DNA of 44,461 bases from a virus (IMGVR_UViG_3300017653_000005:1-44461); one strand, 5' to 3'; counted from the stretch's first letter, positions 6,519 through 15,590 are shown. The notes: generated by a model not told the origin, from the letters alone. Numbers and translations are program-made.

Positions 6519-7952
6519 TTGAGTCTCTCTAGCGAAATACGCCGCCTCGAAAACAAATGGAGGACCGGGCAATCTTGGCCGAAGCGTCTCGAGTGGCTTG
6601 AAATTACCGGCATACGAGGCTGGCAAGGTCAACGCATCGATTTCCAATTTCCCATAGTGGCAATTGTTGGGGAAAACGGATCTGGGAAAAGTACAGCGCT
6701 TCAGGCTGCGGCATCAATCTATCAGTCTCAAGATGATGATCGCTTCGCATCAGAATTCTTTCCGGACACTCCTTTTGAGCGGGTTCATGGGGCAATCATC
6801 AGATTTTCATACAGAGAGGGCAACCAGTCACAGACAAAGACTGTCCGCAAGCCTTCTGACCGATGGCGTGGCAACCCGGAACGCCCAAAACGTGAGCTAC
6901 GTTACGTAGACTTAAGTCGGATTCAGCCCGTCGGCGCTCGCGTTGGGTACGTAAAACTTCTTAAGTCTAACGTCGCCGAGGGCGATCACACTGCGTTCGA
7001 CGATGACAAACTCGCCCGATTCTCAGAAATCATGGGGCGCCAATACGCGGCAGCCGGCCTGTCGTTAACCGACGCCGATCAGCGGCGAGCCGTACCAGTG
7101 CTTCAGAATTCCACAGCGCGCTATTCGGGCTTTCATCAAGGTACGGGAGAAATCGCAGCAGCAGAGTTATTGGCAGTTGAGTTCCCGAAGTACGGACTGG
7201 TCCTAATCGATGAAATTGAAACCTCTTTGCATCCAAGAGCGCAGCGACGGCTGATAAGAGACTTGGCTCGCATCGCAAGAGAACAAGAGCTGCAGATCAT
7301 AGTTACCACTCATTCACCTTACATTCTCGATGAACTACCGCCAGAAGGGCGTATTTACATCATGAATGGCGTGGAAGGTAAGACTGTTGTCACCGGCGTA
7401 AGCCCAGAGTTCGCTATGACAAGAATGGACGAGGAACAGCACCCGGAGGCTGATGTTTATGTCGAAGATAACCGGGCTTCTGCCCTCGTCGCAGAGGCAC
7501 TTGTCAGGGTTGATGGGGCGCTTAGAAGTCGGACCAAGATCAGTGCTTTCGGCAGTGCGTCTGTTGGAAACGCACTCGGGCAGATGGTCGCTGCAACGCG
7601 CTTCCCTCGCCCTAGCGTCGTTTTCCTCGACGGAGACCAAGCCAGGGCACCGGGCTGCCATGTGCTGCCCGGTGGAGACGCGCCTGAAATCGTGCTCTTC
7701 AATTCCCTGCAACAGATAAATTGGCGTGACGTCGCGCAGCACATTGGCCGCGGGCCTGCAGATACAATTGATGCGCTGAATGAGGCCATGGCGGCTCAGG
7801 ATCATCATCATTGGCCGCGAATTGCTGCGGATCGCCTTTTCGTTGGAAGCGACCAATTGTGGCAAGCAATTTGCGTGGCATGGGTCGCACACTGCGCTAC
7901 AGCGGAACAATTGGAAGAGATTGCAACGCCAATACGCGACATCCTTCCCTAA
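6519..7952 (+). CDS. ABC-type ATPase fused to a TOPRIM-like domain (OLD-like nuclease), anti-phage defence candidate
   Basis: AAGGAG RBS with TTG start; Walker A GENGSGKS, Walker B VLIDEIETSLHP, H-loop TTHSP; TOPRIM-like YVED and LDGD; visibly more AT-rich than the phage core. Confidence 0.8.
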   Translation: MSLSSEIRRLENKWRTGQSWPKRLEWLEITGIRGWQGQRIDFQFPIVAIVGENGSGKSTALQAAASIYQSQDDDRFASEFFPDTPFERVHGAIIRFSYREGNQSQTKTVRKPSDRWRGNPERPKRELRYVDLSRIQPVGARVGYVKLLKSNVAEGDHTAFDDDKLARFSEIMGRQYAAAGLSLTDADQRRAVPVLQNSTARYSGFHQGTGEIAAAELLAVEFPKYGLVLIDEIETSLHPRAQRRLIRDLARIAREQELQIIVTTHSPYILDELPPEGRIYIMNGVEGKTVVTGVSPEFAMTRMDEEQHPEADVYVEDNRASALVAEALVRVDGALRSRTKISAFGSASVGNALGQMVAATRFPRPSVVFLDGDQARAPGCHVLPGGDAPEIVLFNSLQQINWRDVAQHIGRGPADTIDALNEAMAAQDHHHWPRIAADRLFVGSDQLWQAICVAWVAHCATAEQLEEIATPIRDILP

Positions 7953-7958
7953 TGTGAA

Positions 7959-8073
7959 CCGGCCTAACCCGGCTCTGGAGCGAGTCTAGAGCCGGGTTAG
8001 GCCGGCTTCCTTTCTGATCCAGCCGCCTCCGGGCGGCTTTTTGTTGCCCTGCCCGCCTCGAGCGGGCTTTTTT
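7959..8073 (+). terminator. 18-bp perfect inverted repeat followed by two intrinsic terminators
   Basis: CCGGCCTAACCCGGCTCT (7959-7976) pairs with 7988-8005; hairpins with T-tracts at 8021-8042 and 8051-8073. Confidence 0.8.
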
Positions 8074-8090
8074 GCGTCGGTTACAAAAAT

Positions 8091-8134
8091 TCTGTAGCGT
8101 TGCTATTGCATTGAATCTGTAGCGTTGCTATATT
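8091..8134 (+). promoter_or_regulatory. OL operators and pL promoter
   Basis: Direct repeat TCTGTAGCGTTGCTAT at 8091-8106 and 8116-8131 with the same core as OR; TTGCAT-17-TATATT (8106-8134). Confidence 0.85.
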
Positions 8135-8196
8135 TCTCCCAACGCCTCACCGAGGCAACGCCCGCCACCCGGCGGGATGGAAAAAGGGAGAAAGAA

Positions 8197-8616
8197 ATGT
8201 TCGCCGTCATTGAAACCAACAACGCAAGCCACATCGCCATCCACATCCCCAAGGAAGGCGCCGACAAGTCGCTGCCCGCGCTGGCGGCGATGCTGGAACA
8301 CAACGCTACCTTCATCAATAAGGGCTGGCGTGAGATCAACGTGGTCAAGCCCAGCATGCACATCATCCTGGGCGACAAGTTCGACACCGAGTCCGACGAT
8401 GCCGGCGAACTGCTGATTCAGGCCTGCGCCGACGTGGTCAGCGACGACTTTGTGATCGCCACGCCCGAAGTCTTCGTCAGCAATAAGACGGCGATTGCCA
8501 AGAAGCAAGAAGAGATCGACCGCCTGCGCTCCGAGCTTCAGAGCGTCAAGTTCCAGCTCGATGCCGCCAACGCGCGGATCACGGAGCTGCAGGCGCCCGA
8601 CTGCGAAGAAGCCTGA
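8197..8616 (+). CDS. Hypothetical protein, C-terminal coiled coil (first pL gene)
   Basis: AGGGAG RBS; 139 aa. Confidence 0.75.
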   Translation: MFAVIETNNASHIAIHIPKEGADKSLPALAAMLEHNATFINKGWREINVVKPSMHIILGDKFDTESDDAGELLIQACADVVSDDFVIATPEVFVSNKTAIAKKQEEIDRLRSELQSVKFQLDAANARITELQAPDCEEA

Positions 8617-8647
8617 CCGCATCCTGCGCGACGGGACAGGAGACACC

Positions 8648-9037
8648 ATGCTTCCCCTCACCTACCCCACCGAGTGCGGCACGTCCGCGGTTGTGCGTCC
8701 GCTGACCGACGCCGAGCGGCTGGCCGAGCTGCGCCGCGATCTGGATGCCGACTTGCACTACGCCCTGGTGGCGCAGCGCTACGTGCGCTGGCCCTATGGC
8801 GAACCGGAGCTGGCCGCCGAAGCGTTGTATGCGGCCACCATCGGCGCCCCTGACGCCCAAACCGACGCCGAAGCCGCGTTCTCCCTGGTTGTCCGTGCCG
8901 CGGCGCGCGGCGAGTCCGCGGTGTCGGTCGGCACGCTGTTTGTCGAGTGGACCAAGCTGGCCCGCGCCCGGCTGCTGGACACGCTGGTCGAGCTGACCGA
9001 GGACGGCCAGCGCATCACCTTCGGGAGCCGGCAATGA
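8648..9037 (+). CDS. Hypothetical protein
   Basis: AGGAG RBS; MLPLTYPTECG; ATGA-coupled to the next gene. Confidence 0.75.
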   Translation: MLPLTYPTECGTSAVVRPLTDAERLAELRRDLDADLHYALVAQRYVRWPYGEPELAAEALYAATIGAPDAQTDAEAAFSLVVRAAARGESAVSVGTLFVEWTKLARARLLDTLVELTEDGQRITFGSRQ

Positions 9038-9138
9038 ATGCGTACCTGATCCTGTGGTCGCTGTCGCTGGTTGCGCTGGTGGCCGGAGACGAGTTCTTTT
9101 ACCGCCGCTTCCGTCGCGGCATGGGGAGCGAGGAATGA
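9034..9138 (+). CDS. Small membrane peptide
   Basis: 34 aa, hydrophobic N-half; ATGA-coupled on both sides. Confidence 0.5.
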   Translation: MNAYLILWSLSLVALVAGDEFFYRRFRRGMGSEE

Positions 9139-9443
9139 CGACGAAATACACGCCTGGGCCATGGGGGGTCCGCTACGACTACGTGGTGCAGGCTGCCTCG
9201 TTCGATGATGGCCGTCTCGTTCCGGTCGCTCAGCCCTACGGCGTGAACAGCGACGGAACCGACCTGTTCGCCAACGCCCGCCTGATCGCCACCGCGCCGG
9301 AGCTGCTGGAGGCGCTGGAAGCCGAGCAAGAATGGCGCGCCCGCGAAGAGGCTGGCGCTCTCGATCCCGAATGGGACTACGACACGATGGTGGCTTCCAG
9401 GCGTCGCGCCGCCATCGCCAAGGCCAAGGGAGAGCAGCAATGA
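9135..9443 (+). CDS. Hypothetical phage protein
   Basis: MTTKYTPGPW...ANARLIATAPELLEAL...AAIAKAKGE, a common phage early-gene pattern. Confidence 0.8.
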   Translation: MTTKYTPGPWGVRYDYVVQAASFDDGRLVPVAQPYGVNSDGTDLFANARLIATAPELLEALEAEQEWRAREEAGALDPEWDYDTMVASRRRAAIAKAKGEQQ

Positions 9444-9691
9444 GCATGATCAACGACGGCGGCCCGGCGTTTCCCGGGCCCGATCAAACTGAATGCACGG
9501 TCGATATTCACGAGGGCATGACCCTGCGCGACTACTTCGCAGCCAGGGCCATGCTCGGAATTATTACCGGCGACAGCCCGTGGCGGTCAGCAAAATACAC
9601 GCCTGACAATCGCCTGACGAACGTCGAGAACGACGCAAAGCTCGCCTACCGGTACGCCGACGCCATGCTGGCCGCCCGAGGTGCCCAATGA
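9440..9691 (+). CDS. Hypothetical phage protein
   Basis: INDGGPAFP...GMTLRDYFAARAM...AYRYADAMLAAR, a common phage family pattern. Confidence 0.8.
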   Translation: MSMINDGGPAFPGPDQTECTVDIHEGMTLRDYFAARAMLGIITGDSPWRSAKYTPDNRLTNVENDAKLAYRYADAMLAARGAQ

Positions 9692-9858
9692 TCCGCCGCC
9701 TCCTGCGCGACCGCGACAACCTCGTCGCCGCGTTCACCGTCGCCGCCGTGCTGACTGCCCTGGTCTTCGGCTACGGAGAAGTCCAGCAGCGCGACGAATC
9801 CACCCTCACCGCCTGCGAAGGCTGCGGCAAGACCGCCTATGCGGCGAAGTCGCCATGA
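9688..9858 (+). CDS. Small membrane protein (not in ORF track)
   Basis: ATGA-coupled; MIRRLLRDRDNLVAAFTVAAVLTALVFGYG...CEGC; 56 aa. Confidence 0.55.
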   Translation: MIRRLLRDRDNLVAAFTVAAVLTALVFGYGEVQQRDESTLTACEGCGKTAYAAKSP

Positions 9859-9960
9859 AAGCCGAGGACGCCTACCCGCCGGGTACGCCCGACCAATTCC
9901 TGCGAGCCCACCGCGGCCGCGCCGTAGCAATCGTAGAAGCCGACCAATCGGGAGCAATCA

Positions 9961-10611
9961 ATGAGCACCGTAACCATGATTCTCGGGCAGTCCGGTACCG
10001 GAAAGTCCACAAGCCTACGCAACCTCGACCCGTCGCAAACCCTGCTGATCCAGGCCATCAAGAAGCCCCTGCCGTTCAAGAGCGGTAACTGGAAGCCGGT
10101 CAACAAAGAGAACCCGGCCGGCAGCATCTTCGTCTGCGACTCGGCGGCCACCATCGTCGGCGCCATGAAGCGCACGAAGCGTCCGATCATCGTGATCGAC
10201 GACTTCCAGTACGTCATGGCCAACGAGTTCATGCGCCGCAGCGCCGAAAAGGGCTTCGACAAGTTCACCGAAATCGGCCGCAACGCCTGGGACATTTTGG
10301 CCGAGGCTGCGCGCTTGCCCGATGAGGTTCGCGTCTACGTCCTCTCCCACGTCGAGACCACCGACGACGGGCGCACCAAGATCAAGACCATCGGCCGGAT
10401 GCTGGACGAAAAGATCACGCTCGAGGGCATGGTTTCCATCGTGCTCAAAACCGTGGTGCAGGACGGCCAGCACTTCTTCGCCACCCGCAACAACGGAAGC
10501 GACACCGTCAAGACCCCCATGGGCATGTTCGACGCCGACCTCATCGAGAACGACCTGGCCGCCGTGGACACCGCCATCTACCAGTACTACGGCCTCACCG
10601 AAGCCGCCTAA
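9961..10611 (+). CDS. sak4: Sak4-like AAA ATPase recombinase
   Basis: GQSGTGKST Walker A, IVIDDFQY Walker B, VKTPMGMF; followed by an SSB-like gene. Confidence 0.8.
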   Translation: MSTVTMILGQSGTGKSTSLRNLDPSQTLLIQAIKKPLPFKSGNWKPVNKENPAGSIFVCDSAATIVGAMKRTKRPIIVIDDFQYVMANEFMRRSAEKGFDKFTEIGRNAWDILAEAARLPDEVRVYVLSHVETTDDGRTKIKTIGRMLDEKITLEGMVSIVLKTVVQDGQHFFATRNNGSDTVKTPMGMFDADLIENDLAAVDTAIYQYYGLTEAA

Positions 10612-10624
10612 CCCAGGAGCAAGC

Positions 10625-11107
10625 ATGTACGCACTCGCGGAAGGTCTTTCTTACGACCCGGTCACAGGAATTCTGACTTGGGAAAAATCGCCTTCGGCGA
10701 ATGTGACGCCTGGTCAGAACGCTGGCTCGTTTGATGGTCGTGGCTACCGCGTAGTGAGTGTTGGCGGTAAACGCTGGAGCGCCCACCGTTTAATTTGGAC
10801 GATGGTCAACGGACCTATCCCATCCGGATACGACGTAGACCATATCAACGGCGACCGTCAAGACAACCGCCTCGAAAACCTGCGCCTTTTGACAAGGGCA
10901 GAGAACAACCAAAACACGCGGTCGGCGCGGCGCGACAGCAAGAGCGGCCTGCAAGGCGTAACGATCCATCGCCGCAGCGGGCTTTTCAACGCTCGCATCA
11001 AGCTCAATGGAATCAGTCAATCACTCGGCTATTTCACAACTGCCGCCGAAGCGCACGAAGCATACGTGCAGCGCAAGCGCGAAATTCACCCCGCAAGCAC
11101 CATATAA
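10625..11107 (+). CDS. HNH-AP2 homing endonuclease
   Basis: AHRLIW...VDHINGDRQDNRLENLR...NNQN; C-terminal AP2-like ARIKLNG...LGYFTTAAEAHEAY. Confidence 0.9.
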   Translation: MYALAEGLSYDPVTGILTWEKSPSANVTPGQNAGSFDGRGYRVVSVGGKRWSAHRLIWTMVNGPIPSGYDVDHINGDRQDNRLENLRLLTRAENNQNTRSARRDSKSGLQGVTIHRRSGLFNARIKLNGISQSLGYFTTAAEAHEAYVQRKREIHPASTI

Positions 11108-11121
11108 CCAGGAAGACCACC

Positions 11122-11772
11122 ATGTATCAATTGGACCCCGCGGCCGCAAAGGCGGCCGAATCCACCGGTAGCCGTATCGCCGAGAAAGGCAAGTACAAGG
11201 GCAAATTCACGCGCGCCCAGCATGTCGTGTCCGAAAAAGGCACGTTCGGTATCGACTTCGACTTCGTTGCCGATGGCGGCCAGAAGGCCCGCTTCGCCAT
11301 CTACACGCAGCGCGAGGATGGCACCCAGGTCTACGGCTTCAAGCAGCTCTCTGCCCTGATGGCTTGCCTGTCGCTGCGCACCCTCGCCGAGCCGAAGGAC
11401 ACGCCTGCCAAGGTGTACGACTTCGACCAGCAGCGCGAGTTGGATACCGTCGTCCCGCAGTTCACCGAGCTGCTGGGCAAGCCTGTCGGCCTGCTCTTCA
11501 CCATGGAAGAGTATCGGCCGGGCAAGTGGCGCCCCAATCTGGCCGGCGTATTCCAGGCCAACACCGAGTTGGTCGCGTCCGAGATCCTGGAACGCAAGAC
11601 CCAGCCGCTGCAGCTCGCCAAGATGGTCCAGGCGCTGCGCGACAAGCCGCTGCGCACCGGCGGCGGCTCCCTGGAAGACGGCAACCGTGCCGCGGCAGCA
11701 GCCGGCGCGTCGGCCCTCGACGATGACATTCCTTTCGCCCAGGCCTTTGGCCGCAAGGCGCACTACTTCTGA
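11122..11772 (+). CDS. Phage single-stranded DNA-binding protein (Sak4 partner)
   Basis: Acidic DDDIPF motif near the C-terminus; position after sak4. Confidence 0.7.
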   Translation: MYQLDPAAAKAAESTGSRIAEKGKYKGKFTRAQHVVSEKGTFGIDFDFVADGGQKARFAIYTQREDGTQVYGFKQLSALMACLSLRTLAEPKDTPAKVYDFDQQRELDTVVPQFTELLGKPVGLLFTMEEYRPGKWRPNLAGVFQANTELVASEILERKTQPLQLAKMVQALRDKPLRTGGGSLEDGNRAAAAAGASALDDDIPFAQAFGRKAHYF

Positions 11773-11780
11773 GGCCAGCC

Positions 11781-12287
11781 ATGAACATGCCCCTCTACGC
11801 GCTCACCCAGGAATACCGCGCGCTCGCCGTGCGCCTGGCCGAAGGCGACTTCGACGAGAAGGCCGTCGCCGACACCATGGAAGCCAGCGGCCTGCCTGAG
11901 CAGATCGGCGACAAGGCCCAGGGCTGCGAGATGGTCGCCCGCACCTTCGAGGCAGACATCCCCGCGATCGACGCCGAGATCAAGCGCCTGCAGGAACTGA
12001 AGAAGGCGCGCCAAGCCCGCGCCGATGCGCTGCGTGACTACCTGCTGCGCAACATGATCGCCAGCGACATCCAGGTGATCGAGTGCCCGCTGTTCCGCAT
12101 CAGCATCGCCAAGAACCCGCCCGCCGTGGAAGTGTTCGACGAAAAGCAGATCCCGGCCGACTACTTCACCAGCCCGCCGGCCCCGCCGCCCAAGCTCGAT
12201 AAGACGCTGATCGCGCAGGCGCTGAAGGACAACCACGACGTTCCGGGCGCGCGCCTGCGCCAGGGCGTGCGGCTGGCCATCCGCTGA
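11781..12287 (+). CDS. Siphovirus Gp157 family protein
   Basis: LYALTQEY...IDAEIKRLQ...FRISIAKNPPAV...IPADY...DKTLI...VPGARL. Confidence 0.85.
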   Translation: MNMPLYALTQEYRALAVRLAEGDFDEKAVADTMEASGLPEQIGDKAQGCEMVARTFEADIPAIDAEIKRLQELKKARQARADALRDYLLRNMIASDIQVIECPLFRISIAKNPPAVEVFDEKQIPADYFTSPPAPPPKLDKTLIAQALKDNHDVPGARLRQGVRLAIR

Positions 12288-12373
12288 TCTCCCTGGGCGG
12301 CGCCGCCACCGACGGAGGAATCCCCAGGCGCCGCCCGCCCTATTACCCACGTAGCACCCTGGAGCCCTGCCCC

Positions 12374-12898
12374 ATGTTCAGCATCCACCAACAAGAGTGC
12401 CGCATGCACTTCATTTCCCGGACCAACAAGCACGGCAACGAGCGCGTGCCGGCCGCCACGCTGCAACTGGTGTACCGCAGCAGCAACGACGTTCTGTCGG
12501 AATTCAACTCCGACCTGAAGGCATCGCTGTACCGCCGGCCCCACAACGACGAGGGCGACATGGCCGACCAGGCCGACACGCGCCTGGATGACCCCGGCTA
12601 TCTGCCCTGCCTGAAGTACCCGAACATGAAGAACAAGGTCTCGCTGGCCGACAAGATCGTCGGTGCCACCGTGACCATTCACCACGGCATCGGCGGCAAG
12701 TCCGACCTGGCCCTGGATGAGTGCATCGTCGACAAGTTCCAGTTCGATCCTCAGGAGGGCGGCACCGTCGTCGTGTCGCTGAATGTGGCCTGCATGCCAT
12801 CGGCCGGCCAGGCGGGCGAGTTGCACATGAAACAGGACCAGGACGTGGTCGTCACGATCACGCCGCCGGACGCCGAGGGCGGCCCGACGCTGATTTGA
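12374..12898 (+). CDS. Hypothetical protein
   Basis: GGAG RBS; 174 aa with phage-like codon usage. Confidence 0.75.
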   Translation: MFSIHQQECRMHFISRTNKHGNERVPAATLQLVYRSSNDVLSEFNSDLKASLYRRPHNDEGDMADQADTRLDDPGYLPCLKYPNMKNKVSLADKIVGATVTIHHGIGGKSDLALDECIVDKFQFDPQEGGTVVVSLNVACMPSAGQAGELHMKQDQDVVVTITPPDAEGGPTLI

Positions 12899-12984
12899 CC
12901 GATCAATGGCCGGCCCGGCGGCGGGCTCCGTCCCTCCCCCGCCCTACCGCTGCCGGTGCCCGGCCACCCTACACAGAGAAGACC

Positions 12985-13842
12985 ATGAGCAAACCCACCT
13001 TTACCCCCGGCGCAGACGTGTATAACGCCGCCGGCGCGGTTGCCCAGTATGTCGGCCCGGCCCCGTATGGTGGCCATGTCGTGATGCCGACCTACGAATA
13101 CGACTATGACGAGGAACCCCATTTCGGCGACCCCGAAATTTGGCCCGAGGTCTTCGCCACGCCGCCGCGCGAGAAGCTGGCCGGCGACCTTGCCGAGCTG
13201 CACCAGGACATCAAGGACGCGCGCGAGCAGCTTGACGTCGTTCTGGAGAAGGTGGCCGAGGCCGAGCGCACGAAGGTGATTCTGGAACGCGAGGCCGCGA
13301 AGACCCCCGATCTGGCTCCGCTGGCGCTTTGGCTCTCTGGCGAGGCCAAGTTCGCCGTGATTCTGGGCGGAGACTACGGCAGCCAGTTCTATGTTCAGGG
13401 CGTCAGATCCGGCGAGATTCCCGAGGTATTCAAGAGCAACGACCGGGACCACGATATCCGCCTTGTGGCGCTCTACTGGGAACCCAAAGCCGAGCACACC
13501 TACAACGTCCGCATTGCTCGGTATTCCGACGGCAGTGGTGACAAGGCTTGCCGCGTCTTCTTCGGCCGCACGGAGCAGGAAGCCTTTGACGCTGCCGCCG
13601 CCCATATCTCCTACCAGCAACAGATCCACCACAACGACCACCACTATCCGCAGATCGGCCTTTGGCTCGAACACTTCGGCTATGGACACCTGATCACGCC
13701 GAAGGTGCGCGAGAAGATGGAGGCCTACAAGGTGAAGGCGCGCGAGAACCTTGCCAAGAGTGCACGCGACCAACTGGCGCGCGCCGAGGCTGCGCTCGCC
13801 GCTGCGCGCGAGGCGGCCCAGCAGGCAGAACAGGCGGCCTGA
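12985..13842 (+). CDS. Hypothetical protein
   Basis: ATG 12985 (MSKPTFTPG); coiled-coil segments. Confidence 0.75.
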   Translation: MSKPTFTPGADVYNAAGAVAQYVGPAPYGGHVVMPTYEYDYDEEPHFGDPEIWPEVFATPPREKLAGDLAELHQDIKDAREQLDVVLEKVAEAERTKVILEREAAKTPDLAPLALWLSGEAKFAVILGGDYGSQFYVQGVRSGEIPEVFKSNDRDHDIRLVALYWEPKAEHTYNVRIARYSDGSGDKACRVFFGRTEQEAFDAAAAHISYQQQIHHNDHHYPQIGLWLEHFGYGHLITPKVREKMEAYKVKARENLAKSARDQLARAEAALAAAREAAQQAEQAA

Positions 13843-13844
13843 CC

Positions 13845-14330
13845 ATGATCCCCGCCATGAACCGCCAACAGCGCCGCATGATGGAAAAGCAGCAGGCCCG
13901 CGTGCGCGCCACGCGGCGCCCGCGCCCCGAGCACATCCCCATGCTGGTCAAGGCGCAATACACCCTGGAGCCGCTGGAAACGCTGCTGGACCAGATTGAA
14001 CGATGCGGAACGGTCGACACCGCTCAGGGCGAAGCCATCTTCCCGAACCACGCGGACGGCGCCTGGTATCCAGCGGTGGGCGCGGTCGCGGGCATGGCTG
14101 ACTTCTTTGAAATGTGGGCAACCCGCCACGGCAAGCCGCTGAACGTGTCGGCCCTGCGCCAGTTGGCCGCCAGGCTGGAAAACGGCATGCCCGTGGACCA
14201 ACCGCTGGCCGACCGCCTGCGCACGCTGTTCCCGGTTCTGCGCCGAGTGGGCGCCACGCTTGACCCACACGACGCGGAAGACCTGATCCGCCAGACCCTA
14301 ATCAAGAACGAGATGGAGGCGCGGACGTGA
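13845..14330 (+). CDS. Hypothetical protein
   Basis: MIPAMNRQQRR; in operon. Confidence 0.7.
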   Translation: MIPAMNRQQRRMMEKQQARVRATRRPRPEHIPMLVKAQYTLEPLETLLDQIERCGTVDTAQGEAIFPNHADGAWYPAVGAVAGMADFFEMWATRHGKPLNVSALRQLAARLENGMPVDQPLADRLRTLFPVLRRVGATLDPHDAEDLIRQTLIKNEMEART

Positions 14331-14596
14331 TGCTACGGGCGCTTCCCTGCACGAATCTCCAAGCTGATCCGTTCCATCTCTTCCCTGGCCTTGTACTCAC
14401 GGAGCCGCGCCTTGTCTACCGCGTCGTACAGCTCATCAGTCCGTTCGCCGCCTACCAGTCGAGTCCACAGCCGCATGTGATCGTCGTGCGCTGCTTCGTA
14501 CTCGGCCATCACGGCGCGCTCTTCAGCTTTGAAATCCATATCGCCCTCCCTTTGTTGGCAGGGAAATCGTACCCCAACCCCTTGGAGCTGACATGA
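14327..14596 (+). CDS. Bridge ORF antisense to 14333-14539
   Basis: GTGA overlap at the start and ATGA overlap at the end; atypical composition. Confidence 0.35.
   Translation: MMLRALPCTNLQADPFHLFPGLVLTEPRLVYRVVQLISPFAAYQSSPQPHVIVVRCFVLGHHGALFSFEIHIALPLLAGKSYPNPLELT
14333..14539 (-). CDS. Small helical protein, antisense moron
   Basis: AGGGAGG RBS; candidate promoter ATGTCA-17-TACGAT (14594-14566); 68 aa. Confidence 0.65.
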   Translation of the reverse strand: MDFKAEERAVMAEYEAAHDDHMRLWTRLVGGERTDELYDAVDKARLREYKAREEMERISLEIRAGKRP

Positions 14597-15330
14597 CCCC
14601 CATCCCCGCCGGCTGGAAGCTGGTACCGATTGAGCCTACTGCTGAAATGTGGGCCGCCGTTAACAAGCTGGACGACGAAATGGCCGCGGGCGCCTATGAC
14701 GGCAAAGGCGCGTCCATCGAGCAGGTATGGAACTGCCTGGTGGAAACTGCGCCCGAATCCCCTCCCGTCACCGTCGCCCTTGACCCCGACCCTCGCGGTG
14801 TGAGCGTAGGCGTGTGGCAGGGATCGCGCTGCATCTACTCCGGGGCGCATGCCCTGCCCGCCTCTGTAGCGTCTGGGGATGCGCAGGACGAGCAGGCCGC
14901 GCAGGATGGCAAGCGTCCTGACCTCGATTGGATCTCGGGTGTCTGCGTCACTGACACTGTGGGCAGCGGATGGTGCGTGCGGATCGACGGCACCGACATA
15001 TTCGAGGATGTGAACCGCTTTGGCTGCAAAGGGCGGCGCTCGTTTCAGATCGCCAAAGGACTGGCCAGCAAGCAACTGGCCCAGCGCGCGGCGGTGGAAT
15101 GGTTAACCGGCCAACTTTCCGCCCTTGCCGCTCCCGCTGCTGGCGATGCGCTGGACAAGGCGCGCCTGGATTGGCTGGAGCAGCACGACGGCCGATTCTT
15201 CAACAAAGACAGGATCTCCAGCATCGTGGGCGTGGGATTTATCGTTGCCGGCGATCTTACCGGCATGCGCCACCAGTCCGTCCGCGCTGCCATCGACGCC
15301 GCCATTGCCCAGCAGAAGGGAGAGGCGTGA
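14593..15330 (+). CDS. Mosaic hypothetical protein (Eaa/DUF551-like segments)
   Basis: IPAGWKLVPIEPTAEM N-terminus; ARLDWLE...VRAAIDAAI C-terminus. Confidence 0.75.
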   Translation: MTPIPAGWKLVPIEPTAEMWAAVNKLDDEMAAGAYDGKGASIEQVWNCLVETAPESPPVTVALDPDPRGVSVGVWQGSRCIYSGAHALPASVASGDAQDEQAAQDGKRPDLDWISGVCVTDTVGSGWCVRIDGTDIFEDVNRFGCKGRRSFQIAKGLASKQLAQRAAVEWLTGQLSALAAPAAGDALDKARLDWLEQHDGRFFNKDRISSIVGVGFIVAGDLTGMRHQSVRAAIDAAIAQQKGEA

Positions 15331-15590
15331 TGCTGACCATCAAGGACAAGCCAGGGTGCATCACTGTAGCTGACATGCGCGACTACTTCGAAGGCGCGAT
15401 CAACAACACGCCGGCGTTCAAGGCGAATACGCCTCTCGGCGTGATGGAGATTAACAACACCTTCTCCCACTACCTCGACAGCGACACCGACACGATGTGG
15501 ATCGGCTTCGCCCTCGGCATGCGGTGCGCGGAACGTATCGCGGCCGCCCAGCCCACCACCAGCGCAAAGGAGCCCTCCCATGGACGGTAA
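15330..15590 (+). CDS. Hypothetical protein
   Basis: TGATG coupling; MLTIKDKPGCIT. Confidence 0.65.
   Translation: MLTIKDKPGCITVADMRDYFEGAINNTPAFKANTPLGVMEINNTFSHYLDSDTDTMWIGFALGMRCAERIAAAQPTTSAKEPSHGR

Noticed and set aside
6519-7952. Gabija, PARIS, retron or Septu multi-gene system
   Set aside because: No partner helicase, separate nuclease or reverse transcriptase is adjacent; the gene stands alone.
8197-8616. N antiterminator (by position)
   Set aside because: No arginine-rich motif, and no clear boxA/boxB recognised.
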